DNA from: Pseudomonadales bacterium | Lineage (GTDB): Bacteria > Pseudomonadota > Gammaproteobacteria > Pseudomonadales > Balneatricaceae | DNA length: 36,954 nt | Assembly (NCBI GenBank): GCA_049613705.1 | Contig: JBMZCU010000001.1 | Coordinates: 1 to 36,954, forward strand | Direction of reading: 5' to 3' | Part shown: positions 9,707 to 18,207 of the stretch, one piece after another | Position numbering within the stretch: position 1 is the first letter of the stretch | Layout of the letters: each line of letters opens with the position of its first letter | Notes under the pieces: generated by a model | Database searches by the model: none | Told to the model about the DNA's origin: nothing | What the model saw: only the letters and a program-made list of their open reading frames with translations | Program-made: the position numbers and the translations under genes

Positions 9707-10476
9707 TGAAAGAAGAACTAATTACCCTGGAGCGTATAGGTCGCGTGGCGTTGCTACGGCTCAATCGTCCACAAGTGCTCAATGCATTAAATAGCACGCT
9801 TATGTTGCAGTTACTAGCCGTGGCTGAAGAGCTGGATAGCAACCCTGAGGTCGGCTGTATAGTGCTGACCGGATCAGAGCGTGCATTCGCAGCGGGTGCA
9901 GATATAAAAGAGCTCGCGCAACAGCAACACTTTGACATGTTGAACAAGGGCTTTTTTGAACCCTGGGACAGCTTTGCGGCTTTGCGCACACCTGTGATTG
10001 CAGCGGTGTCTGGCGTTGCATTAGGTGGTGGCTGTGAGTTGGCCATGATGTGTGACTTCATCTACGCCGCAGAAAATGCAGTCTTTGGGCAACCTGAGGT
10101 GAAAATAGGTGTCACACCGGGAATGGGTGGCTCGCAGCGCCTGGCGCGTGCTGTAGGTAAGGCCAAAGCGATGGAAATGGTGTTGACTGGCCGCACAATC
10201 GACGCGCGCGAAGCCGAGCGCGCTGGGCTAGTTGCCAGCGTTTTTCCAAACGAGCAACTACTTGAGCAGAGTTTACAGGCAGCCGCTGAAATTGCCAGCT
10301 ACGCGAAGCCTGTCACAGTACTCGCCAAAGAGATGGTGGCACAGTCACAACAACAGGGATTACGTGAGGGTGTACTTTTTGAGCGACGTAATTACTACGC
10401 GCTCTATGGTACTGAGATCCAGCGCGAGGGAATGCAGGCGTTTTTGCAGAAACGCCCTGCAGTGTTTAATCACTAG
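9706..10476 (+). CDS. Enoyl-CoA hydratase (crotonase family, PaaF/EchA8-like)
   Basis: AFAAGADIKE oxyanion loop, GGGCELAMMCD and FGQPEVKIG with both catalytic Glu; start set to ATG 9706 in a TGATG overlap. Confidence 0.93.
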   Translation: MKEELITLERIGRVALLRLNRPQVLNALNSTLMLQLLAVAEELDSNPEVGCIVLTGSERAFAAGADIKELAQQQHFDMLNKGFFEPWDSFAALRTPVIAAVSGVALGGGCELAMMCDFIYAAENAVFGQPEVKIGVTPGMGGSQRLARAVGKAKAMEMVLTGRTIDAREAERAGLVASVFPNEQLLEQSLQAAAEIASYAKPVTVLAKEMVAQSQQQGLREGVLFERRNYYALYGTEIQREGMQAFLQKRPAVFNH

Positions 10477-10553
10477 ACCAGATCATGTTATCTGTCGGTA
10501 GAAGCATGTTGTACCAATAAGTTACAGCGTCATAAAAAGCGAGGGCGATAGCC

Positions 10554-11267
10554 GTGGAGAATAAGCGAATACTGATCGTCGAGGACCAAACTGAGATTGC
10601 ACAGCTACTGCAATTGCACTTAGGAGACCTGGGTGCAAAGGTGACTCACGTAGATGACGGCAATAGAGGGCTGCAGTTGGCGCAGAGTTGCGAGTGGGAC
10701 TTGCTGATTCTCGATATTCAGTTGCCGGGCGCCTCTGGGTTGGATATTTGTCGCGCGGTACGCCGAGATCAACGCTATGTCCCCATCTTGTTGTTGACCT
10801 GCCGCTCCAGCGAGTTGGATCGAGTGCTGGGGCTGGATATTGGCGCTGACGATTATATGACAAAGCCTTTTAGTGTGATGGAGTTAATCGCCAGAGTGAA
10901 GGCGTTGTTTCGCCGTATGAGTGCCTTGCAACAAGTGTCGCCGCAAGTAGTGCAAGCACTGCGATTGGGTTCGCTGTGTATAGATTCTACACTGCATCGT
11001 GTGACGCTAGACGGCAACGCCGTTGAGCTGACCGCGCGCGAATTTGACTTGCTGCGCTATTTTGCTGAGCACCCCGGCCGAGTCTTTAGGCGGAGTGAGT
11101 TGTTGGACAGTGTCTGGGGTTATGGCCACGAGGGGTATGAGCACACGGTGAACTCTCACATCAACCGCTTGCGCGCCAAAATTGAGCGTGACCCCAACAA
11201 TCCACAAATCGTGGTGACAGTGTGGGGTGTCGGCTATAAGTTAGATGCGCAAGGGTTGGCGGCATGA
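10554..11267 (+). CDS. OmpR/PhoB-family response regulator
   Basis: Receiver (ILIVED, LLILDIQLPG, MTKPF) and winged helix (LTAREFDLL, HINRLRAKIE, TVWGVGYK); GTG start. Confidence 0.95.
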   Translation: MENKRILIVEDQTEIAQLLQLHLGDLGAKVTHVDDGNRGLQLAQSCEWDLLILDIQLPGASGLDICRAVRRDQRYVPILLLTCRSSELDRVLGLDIGADDYMTKPFSVMELIARVKALFRRMSALQQVSPQVVQALRLGSLCIDSTLHRVTLDGNAVELTAREFDLLRYFAEHPGRVFRRSELLDSVWGYGHEGYEHTVNSHINRLRAKIERDPNNPQIVVTVWGVGYKLDAQGLAA

Positions 11268-12784
11268 CTATGTTAGGAGGCGCTTACACACCAGCCAAGC
11301 GAGCAATGATGGCCACACTGAGTACGAAACTGTCACTAGCACTGATTGCAATAGTGGTGCTAGTTGGGTTAGCGGTTATGCAGGTCAGCCAAAGTTTGAT
11401 GCGCGCGTACTACGAAGAGCTCACTCAAAAGCTCAATGCCAATATCGCGATGTATGTCACTGATAGTTATGCGCTGTTACAGCCTGGTGCCGATGTGCCC
11501 AACTTGAAGGTTATTGATACCTTGGCGGAGAGAGCGATGGTGATCAACCCCTTGGTAGAGGTCTATTTGCTGGATACGCGCGGGCGCATTATCGCCCCGA
11601 CGGCTAGGACTGAACCACTGATGCACCAGCGCGTGCCACTGCAGCCAATACAGCAATTTATCGCGGGAGAGGTCAGTTTTCCACTGCGCAACATAGATCC
11701 TAGACATCAGGGGGTAGAGAAGGTTTTTTCAGCCTCCGCGGTACGCAGTGAAGGGCGACTGCTGGGTTACTTGTACGTGGTATTAGGTGGCCAAGTTTAC
11801 GATCAATTAGAGGACAGTTTACAAAACAGCTACAGCAGGTTGCTATTACTGTTGGCGATTGCTGTGATAAGTGTTGCCGCGATTTTTGTTGGCGTGCTGG
11901 TGTTCCACTTTTTAGTTAGGCGACTCGCCTGGCTGAGCCGTCGAATGCAACGCTTTGGCAGTGAGCACTTGGCTGAGCCTGAGCACAGTGCAACTCGAGG
12001 GGCGCAGCCACGGGACGAAGTTGAATTGTTATCTCAGAGTTTTGAGGGGATGGCGCAGAAAATTGAACAGCAGTTTGCCCTCTTAGAGAAAGCAGACCAC
12101 ACACGGCGCGAGCTCATTAGCAGCGTATCTCACGATTTGCGAACGCCGTTGGCGACGATTCAGGGTTACTTGGAAACTCTGCTGATCAAGAATGCGCAGC
12201 TCAGTGAGGAACAGCGGCTAGCGTTTTTGCAGACTGCGATGCGCAGTTCGCGGCGCTTAGGTAAATTGATTGGCGATTTGTTTGAGCTCTCTAAACTGGA
12301 AACGGCACAGGTAAAAGTGGAAGCCGAATGCTTTTCGCTAACGGAGCTGGCCTATGACACAGTACAGGCGTTTGAGTTGCAGGCTACGGCCAAGCAAGTC
12401 GCAATCACTGTGCGTCACCCCAAAACGAGCGCCTTGGTGTGTGCCGATATCAGTTTGATTCAGCGGGTGTTTGAAAATTTAATACGCAATGCTATCTGCC
12501 ACACCCCGGCGGGAGGTCAGGTATGTCTCTCGATTGAGGCTAATGCGGCGCAGGGCTTAAAGGTGAGTATTTTAGACAGTGGCTGCGGTATTGATCCCGA
12601 GTGCTTACCGCATATATTCGAGCGCTTTTACAGTGTACCAAACGCTGCCCGCAGCGACGAATCCAGCGGTTTGGGGCTGGCCATCGTAAAGCGGATTCTG
12701 GAGTTGCACCGCAGCGATATAGCCGTCACCAGCCAGCTAAATCAGGGGAGTTGTTTCTATTTCAGTTTGCCGGTGGCTGTTTGA
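11264..12784 (+). CDS. HAMP-domain sensor histidine kinase (HisKA/HATPase)
   Basis: Two TM segments around a periplasmic domain, HAMP (RDEVELLSQSFEGMA), H-box SHDLRTPL, N-box ENLIRNA, DSGCGI, IFERFY, GLGLAIV; true start may be slightly downstream. Confidence 0.95.
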   Translation: MTMLGGAYTPAKRAMMATLSTKLSLALIAIVVLVGLAVMQVSQSLMRAYYEELTQKLNANIAMYVTDSYALLQPGADVPNLKVIDTLAERAMVINPLVEVYLLDTRGRIIAPTARTEPLMHQRVPLQPIQQFIAGEVSFPLRNIDPRHQGVEKVFSASAVRSEGRLLGYLYVVLGGQVYDQLEDSLQNSYSRLLLLLAIAVISVAAIFVGVLVFHFLVRRLAWLSRRMQRFGSEHLAEPEHSATRGAQPRDEVELLSQSFEGMAQKIEQQFALLEKADHTRRELISSVSHDLRTPLATIQGYLETLLIKNAQLSEEQRLAFLQTAMRSSRRLGKLIGDLFELSKLETAQVKVEAECFSLTELAYDTVQAFELQATAKQVAITVRHPKTSALVCADISLIQRVFENLIRNAICHTPAGGQVCLSIEANAAQGLKVSILDSGCGIDPECLPHIFERFYSVPNAARSDESSGLGLAIVKRILELHRSDIAVTSQLNQGSCFYFSLPVAV

Positions 12785-12822
12785 GCTATCGCAAGATCAT
12801 TTTGCCGCGTAAAAAGTAAACC

Positions 12823-12838
12823 CTATATATATATACAG
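12823..12838. promoter_or_regulatory. LexA-like box upstream of ssb
   Basis: CTATATATATATACAG, one mismatch (G>A at position 3) from CTGTATATATATACAG; overlaps the -35 position relative to TATACT at 12852-12857. Confidence 0.65.
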
Positions 12839-12896
12839 ATAAATTTTAGGTTATACTTGCCGCTTAAATTTGCATAAATCGTTCTTGGAGAGGCTC

Positions 12897-13481
12897 ATGG
12901 CGCGCGGCATAAACAAAGTAATTTTAGTAGGTAACATCGGTGGCGACCCAGAGGCGCGCTACATGCCAAACGGTAATGCTGTGACCAACATCACGCTGGC
13001 AACCAGTGAAACTTGGAAAGACAAGCAGACCGGCCAGCAGCAAGAGCGTACAGAGTGGCACCGCATTGTGTTCTTCAACCGCCTGGGCGAAATCGCCGCA
13101 GAATACTTGCGCAAAGGTAGTAAGGTCTATGTCGAGGGCTCGCTGCGCACGCGCAAGTGGCAGGACCAGAGCGGTCAGGATCGCTACACTACTGAAATCG
13201 TCGCCAGCGATATGCAGATGTTAGATTCGCGTGGCGCAGGCGGTGATGGCGGCTTCCAGCAGGGTGGTTATCAGCAGCAGGCACCGCAGCAGAACTTCCA
13301 GCAACAGGCGCCTCAGCAGGCAGCTGCACCGCAGCAGAACTTCCAACAGCAGGCACCTCAGCAGAACTTCCAACAAAGTGCTCCTCAACAGCCTGCAGCT
13401 GCACCACAGCAAGCGCAGCCTCAAGCGGCGGCGCAGCCTGCTCCCAACTTTGACGATTTCGACGACGATATCCCGTTCTAA
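12897..13481 (+). CDS. ssb: Single-stranded DNA-binding protein
   Basis: [15 protein letters not shown] fold, TEWHRIV, acidic tip DFDDDIPF; ATG 12897 behind GGAGAGG. Confidence 0.99.
   Translation: MARGINKVILVGNIGGDPEARYMPNGNAVTNITLATSETWKDKQTGQQQERTEWHRIVFFNRLGEIAAEYLRKGSKVYVEGSLRTRKWQDQSGQDRYTTEIVASDMQMLDSRGAGGDGGFQQGGYQQQAPQQNFQQQAPQQAAAPQQNFQQQAPQQNFQQSAPQQPAAAPQQAQPQAAAQPAPNFDDFDDDIPF
13272..13391 (+). repeat. Degenerate ~27-bp coding tandem repeat (QQQAPQQNF) in the SSB linker
   Basis: GCACC(G/T)CAGCAGAACTTCCA occurs three times, plus degenerate copies. Confidence 0.85.
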
Positions 13482-13503
13482 GGGATATTTTTTGTCACAA
13501 TTT

Positions 13504-13529
13504 AAGCCCGCACTATAGCGGGCTTTTTT
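13504..13529 (+). terminator. Intrinsic terminator after ssb
   Basis: AAGCCCGC-ACTATA-GCGGGCTTTTTT. Confidence 0.9.
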
Positions 13530-13643
13530 ATAGCCGCGATTTTTGCCGCGTGGCAAGCCGTCGCTAATTGTGCCATTATGGCGCTACCTCGCTCGGACTA
13601 TCCCTGAGCACTCAGCTAACTGATTAAATTTACGGAGTTATCC

Positions 13644-14645
13644 ATGGCAATGTCTACTTGGAAGAAGGGATCTCTAGCAGCTGTTTTCGCAGTAGCTTCA
13701 ACGCAAGTGTTGGCACAGTGCGGCACGCTTACGATTGCGGAGATGGACTGGGCGAGTGCGGGGTTTGCCGCCAATTTAGATAAAATTATCCTTGAAGAGG
13801 GTTACGGCTGTAAGGTCGAGTTGGTGCCAGGTGCTACCAATACAACCTTTGCGTCAATGGAAGCTAAAGGCCAGCCTGATGTCGCGCCTGAATTTTGGAG
13901 CAACGGTGTTGCAGTGCGCCTCAAAGAAGCGACAGCCAAAGGTGATTTAACGGTCGCTGCGCAATTGATATCGGATGCTTCAGAAGGGTGGTTTATCTCC
14001 GGTGCAATTGCGGATAAGTATCCTGAGCTAAAGACAGTAGACGACGTACTGGCCAGACCGGATCTCTTTGTGAACAAAGAAGAGCCTGGCAAGGGCGCCT
14101 TTATGGGCTGCCCGGCCGGATGGGGCTGTGGTATAGCGATCGCCAATCTTGCCAAACCCAGCGCCTATAATTTCGAAAAAGCGGGCTTTAGCATTGTAGA
14201 CCCAGGCTCGTCAGCAGGGCTGGACGGTGCGATTGCCAAAGCTTCAGAGCGCGGAGAGGCTTGGTTCGGCTACTACTGGCAGCCGACACTCAATGCCAGT
14301 AAATACGGTTTGAAGAAACTGGATTTTGCAGCGGGGTTTGATCAGGCTCACTGGGATAGCTGCACCACGGTTGTCGATTGCGAAAGTCCGCAGCGCAGCA
14401 GTTGGGTGGCCTCACAAGTGAATACAGTTGTGGCCTCTAAATTTGCGGCGGAAAATCCTGAGGTGATGGGGTACTTCAACAAGCGCATCTACAGCTCAGC
14501 GCAATTGGGTGACGTACTGATTTATATGGATCAAAACCAGGCTAACGGTGAAGATGCCGCCTACTATTTCCTCGAAAATCAGCCGCAAATTTGGCAACAG
14601 TGGCTACCTGCTGATGTCGCTGAAAAGGTTAAAAAAGCACTCTAA
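13644..14645 (+). CDS. proX: Glycine betaine/proline-type (OpuAC/ProX family) ABC substrate-binding protein
   Basis: Signal peptide; IAEMDWAS, GCPAGWGC, WFGYYWQPT; followed by cognate permease and ATPase. Exact substrate cannot be read from the sequence. Confidence 0.82.
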   Translation: MAMSTWKKGSLAAVFAVASTQVLAQCGTLTIAEMDWASAGFAANLDKIILEEGYGCKVELVPGATNTTFASMEAKGQPDVAPEFWSNGVAVRLKEATAKGDLTVAAQLISDASEGWFISGAIADKYPELKTVDDVLARPDLFVNKEEPGKGAFMGCPAGWGCGIAIANLAKPSAYNFEKAGFSIVDPGSSAGLDGAIAKASERGEAWFGYYWQPTLNASKYGLKKLDFAAGFDQAHWDSCTTVVDCESPQRSSWVASQVNTVVASKFAAENPEVMGYFNKRIYSSAQLGDVLIYMDQNQANGEDAAYYFLENQPQIWQQWLPADVAEKVKKAL

Positions 14646-14663
14646 TAGTGAACGTAAGTAACC

Positions 14664-14688
14664 CCTGCTCGCCGCACTGGCGAGTGGG
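14664..14688 (+). other. Intercistronic stem-loop after the SBP gene (probable mRNA-stabilising element)
   Basis: CCTGCTCGCC-GCACT-GGCGAGTGGG pairs fully with two G-U wobbles on the + strand; no U-tract. Confidence 0.55.
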
Positions 14689-14716
14689 TACACATCTGTT
14701 GATGTGGAGACTTTAG

Positions 14717-15604
14717 ATGGATTGGTCTGAATTTCCCAGTATGTCGCGCAAGGAGTTGCGCGCTTTTCGAAAGTCTATCGATGAAGCCTTTCGCGACTTT
14801 ACCCGCGAGTACGGCGAGAGCTTCGAGCGTTTTTTCGACCCCCTGCTCGAGTTTTTGGTGTGGAGTGAGCAGCTTTTGCTGAATGCGCCCTGGCCACTGG
14901 TCATTCTGGTGTGCGCAGCACTGACATATCTAGCCAGCCGCAGCGTCAAACTCTCTGTGGCGGTTGTGCTGGTCTTCTTGATCATTGGCTATCTAGGGAT
15001 GTGGTCCGACACCATGCGTACCTTGAGTATTATCAGTGTCTGTACTGTGGTGGCCATTGGCATTGGTATCCCGTTAGGTGTGGCTATGGCGCGCTCTAAC
15101 AGGGTGCAAAGCATCGTGACTCCAGTGCTCGATGTGATGCAGACCATGCCCAGCTTTGTCTATTTAATACCTGTGGTGATGCTGCTGGGTATAGGTAAAG
15201 TGCCGGGGCTTATCGCGGTCATTATCTATGCACTACCGCCAATCGTACGCTTGACTAATCTCGGGATTCGCCAGGTGGATGCCAGTGTCGTTGAAGCAGC
15301 AGAAGCGTTTGGTGCAACACCTTGGCAAAAGTTGAAAACCGTGCAGTTTCCACTGGCGCTACCCTCTATATTCGCAGGTGTTAACCAGACGATTATGATG
15401 TCCCTCTCTATGGTCGTTATCGCTTCAATGATAGGGGTTAAAGGCTTGGGTCAGCCGGTGTTGCAGGCAATTACCAATCAGTACTTTTCAATGGGAATGC
15501 TCAATGGCTTCGCCATTGTAGCGATTGCCATTATTTTTGACCGGGTCTCACAGCACTACGGATTTAGAGTGCAAAAGCACAGAGGCGAGGTGGGCAATGG
15601 CTGA
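14717..15604 (+). CDS. proW: ProW-family ABC permease
   Basis: LDVMQTMPSFVYLIP, EAAEAFGA (EAA loop), GVNQTIMMSLSMVVIASMIG. Confidence 0.93.
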   Translation: MDWSEFPSMSRKELRAFRKSIDEAFRDFTREYGESFERFFDPLLEFLVWSEQLLLNAPWPLVILVCAALTYLASRSVKLSVAVVLVFLIIGYLGMWSDTMRTLSIISVCTVVAIGIGIPLGVAMARSNRVQSIVTPVLDVMQTMPSFVYLIPVVMLLGIGKVPGLIAVIIYALPPIVRLTNLGIRQVDASVVEAAEAFGATPWQKLKTVQFPLALPSIFAGVNQTIMMSLSMVVIASMIGVKGLGQPVLQAITNQYFSMGMLNGFAIVAIAIIFDRVSQHYGFRVQKHRGEVGNG

Positions 15605-16631
15605 GGGCTCGTCTACAAAGATTGAGATTCGCAGTCTATCAAAGATCTTTGGTGTGCCGAGTAAGCGCGCGCAAGGGTTGTTAGACAGCGGGAAAGGCAG
15701 AGAGCGTTTGTTGGCGGAAGACGGTCATTTGCTGGCTCTTGATCGTATTGATATGTCGCTCGAAGAAAAGTCGATCGAGGTTATCATGGGACTTTCTGGT
15801 TCTGGAAAGTCGACCTTAGTTCGCCATATCAATCGCTTGATAGAGCCCTCGCAAGGGCAAGTGTTGATCGATGGGCACGATGTCGCACGGATGAGTGGTA
15901 AGCAGTTGCGCCAGTTGCGCCAACAGCGCACGGCAATGGTTTTTCAGAACTTTGCACTTCTGCCACATTACACAGTACTTGAGAATATCGGCTACGGCTT
16001 GCAATTACAGGGGTACACTAAATCGCAGTGGCGTAAAACCGCAATGTACTGGGCTGAAAGAGTGGGTTTATCCGGCTTTGAAAAGCGTTACCCCGCACAG
16101 CTGTCCGGTGGTATGCAGCAGCGAGTAGGGCTCGCCAGAGCGCTGGCTTGCGATACAGATATACTGCTGATGGACGAGGCATTTTCAGCGCTAGACCCAT
16201 TGATTCGCTCGGACATGCAAGATATTTTGCTAGAGCTGCAGCGCGAGTTGAAGAAAACCATTGTTTTTATCACACACGACTTAGATGAAGCCCTTAAAAT
16301 TGGCAACAGTATCGCCATTTTAAACCAAGGTAAGTTGATTCAGCATGGCAGCGCACAGCAGATATTACTCTCACCGGCGGATGAGTATGTGGCGCGTTTT
16401 GTCGCCGATGTGAACCGCACGAGTGTGCTGTTGGCTAAATCCATCATGGGAGCGCCTGAAACGCTGGCTGCAAACAGTGCTACCGTCGAGGTGCGTACCG
16501 ATGACACCTTAAAACAGGTACTGCACACTATGTTGTCCGCAGATGTTTACGATGCGGTCGTCAAGGATGATCATGGGCGCGCTGTTGGACATATAGACTC
16601 GGACATGGTCGCTGAAGTGGTTAACGCGTGA
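15597..16631 (+). CDS. proV: ProV-family ABC ATP-binding protein
   Basis: [37 protein letters not shown]; start set at ATG 15597 behind GAGG. Confidence 0.93.
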   Translation: MAEGSSTKIEIRSLSKIFGVPSKRAQGLLDSGKGRERLLAEDGHLLALDRIDMSLEEKSIEVIMGLSGSGKSTLVRHINRLIEPSQGQVLIDGHDVARMSGKQLRQLRQQRTAMVFQNFALLPHYTVLENIGYGLQLQGYTKSQWRKTAMYWAERVGLSGFEKRYPAQLSGGMQQRVGLARALACDTDILLMDEAFSALDPLIRSDMQDILLELQRELKKTIVFITHDLDEALKIGNSIAILNQGKLIQHGSAQQILLSPADEYVARFVADVNRTSVLLAKSIMGAPETLAANSATVEVRTDDTLKQVLHTMLSADVYDAVVKDDHGRAVGHIDSDMVAEVVNA

Positions 16632-16730
16632 TTGTGATTAGGCCAGAGCTGATAGAGCGTGACTAATTACAAGCTAGGTATATCAATAACAAGTGGTGCA
16701 CCCACAGTTGAAAACAGGAATTGCAAATAG

Positions 16731-17642
16731 ATGGTAGAGTGGCGCGCTGAAAAGCCGATAAAAATTTTGGTTACAGGTCCAAAAGAGCAAGTGGGAAAGG
16801 CGCTACTTGCACGTGATAATTCAGATGGAGTGTTCCAGGTAATTGCCGCTCATTCAAGTGCACCCAATCTGCGCGATAGCCAAGCGGTTGCCGAAGTCAT
16901 TGAGCAGAGTAATCCCGACTTTGTGGTTAACACACTAGGTTATAACTCGGTAATGGTCAGTGAGCAAAAGGTTGATCTTTGCTATTTGCTTAATCGCGAT
17001 TTTGTCGCCACCCTCGCTGAGGTGTGTAGTGAGAAAGATATTCCTATCATTCACCTCTCTAGCGACCATGTTTTCGACGGACACTATGCCAGTGGCTACG
17101 CGGAAGATGACGAAGTAAAACCGCTGGGTATCTTTGGTAAGAGTAAGTGGCAGGGTGAGCAGTTATTGCGACAAAAGTGGCATAAAAGTTTGATCTTACG
17201 CGTTAGTTGGCTATTTTCTGCGTGGGGGGAGAACTTCCTCACAAACTCATTGCAACAGGCGCGCACTTGTCGTTCGATAACGGCGGCGGATGATCGCTGG
17301 GGCTGCCCAACATCGGCGGCTGATATTGCCAGAGTGGTCTTTGCAATCATTCGACAGCTCAACGATGGAGCGCAAACATGGCACACATATCACTACTGTG
17401 GCGCAGAGGTCACTACGCGCTTTAAGTTTCTCGAGGCAATTTACGAGAAAGCTAAACAGCACGAACAGCTGCGTACCCAAGAGCTGATCAGCGTTCCGCG
17501 CAGTGAGCTTTACGCAGATGCCGAGCGCCCTGCTTCATCGGTGCTCAACTGTAAAAAGCTGCTCAATGATTTTGGTATTCAACAGCGCCCTTGGCGAGTA
17601 GAGCTTAACGATGTGATGAACAGTATTTACGCCATCGACTAG
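16731..17642 (+). CDS. RmlD-like (dTDP-4-dehydrorhamnose reductase-related) SDR-fold protein with degenerate active site
   Basis: HLSSDHVFDG, ILRVSWLF, GCPTSA.D.A, RPASSVL.C.KL recognisable; but GxxGxxG reads GPKEQVG and YxxxK reads FGKSK. Confidence 0.8.
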   Translation: MVEWRAEKPIKILVTGPKEQVGKALLARDNSDGVFQVIAAHSSAPNLRDSQAVAEVIEQSNPDFVVNTLGYNSVMVSEQKVDLCYLLNRDFVATLAEVCSEKDIPIIHLSSDHVFDGHYASGYAEDDEVKPLGIFGKSKWQGEQLLRQKWHKSLILRVSWLFSAWGENFLTNSLQQARTCRSITAADDRWGCPTSAADIARVVFAIIRQLNDGAQTWHTYHYCGAEVTTRFKFLEAIYEKAKQHEQLRTQELISVPRSELYADAERPASSVLNCKKLLNDFGIQQRPWRVELNDVMNSIYAID

Positions 17643-17673
17643 CAATGGCGTAGATATCATCTACAGCAGTGTT

Positions 17674-18048
17674 TTAGAAGAAAATCGCGCTTTTTGAGAC
17701 GGCAACAGCCCCCATGTAGCCGATACAGCTGAGTGAGAGTGCGGCAAATACCAAACGCAATACTAGTGGCTTTTGGCCTTTCAGTGCCAGTGTGGCAAAG
17801 CCGATGTAACCGAGCAGAGCGATCACTTTTGCGGTCAGCCATGTGTTGACGAAGGGGTATTGCTGCAGCAGTGACATCAAGTAAAAGGCACTCAGCAACA
17901 GAAAGGTATCGATAATGTGAGGAGATACCCGCGCCCACTTTTTATCCAGCCAGCTGGCCCCTGCACAGCGTGCAATGATTCGAACAAGCAAGAAGAGTAC
18001 GCTGATAGCAATCAGAGTCAGGTGAGTGTGCTTGGCAATTAAATACAT
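17674..18048 (-). CDS. SirB2/YchQ-family small membrane protein
   Basis: KHTHL...S..LF..R, PHIIDTFLLLSA, WL.AK...L..YI patterns; four hydrophobic helices. Confidence 0.85.
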   Translation of the reverse strand: MYLIAKHTHLTLIAISVLFLLVRIIARCAGASWLDKKWARVSPHIIDTFLLLSAFYLMSLLQQYPFVNTWLTAKVIALLGYIGFATLALKGQKPLVLRLVFAALSLSCIGYMGAVAVSKSAIFF

Positions 18049-18207
18049 AGTGTGACGGTTCTCTGTAGTGTTGTTGATATTGATGCGCAGATTTTACCCG
18101 CTTTTAGAGGTAAACTCTCCCCGCTCGATAAATATCTAGCATTCGCCGTGTAAATACGCAGTGAATTGCTTTATCGGGCGCTTACCTAGCCTGTTAGCGA
18201 GAAGATC

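Noticed and set aside
9507-10061. 184-aa minus-strand ORF across the reductase/crotonase junction
   Set aside because: Fully antisense to two well-supported genes; Ser/Ala-rich composition typical of a shadow frame.
6759-10476. Classical NRPS or siderophore biosynthetic cluster
   Set aside because: No thiolation, condensation or thioesterase domain, PPTase, exporter or TonB receptor, and no obvious Fur box seen.
10479-10494. Short inverted repeat CAGAT-N6-ATCTG before the response regulator
   Set aside because: A 5-bp arm is expected by chance and has no terminator features.
6585-12822. Cassette as an active mobile element
   Set aside because: No integrase, transposase, terminal inverted repeats or tRNA target; no obvious compositional shift by eye.
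13189-13556. Repetitive ORFs ([16 protein letters not shown]) and a possible CRISPR-like repeat
   Set aside because: Other-frame readings of the Gln-rich ssb linker; no unique spacers and no cas genes.
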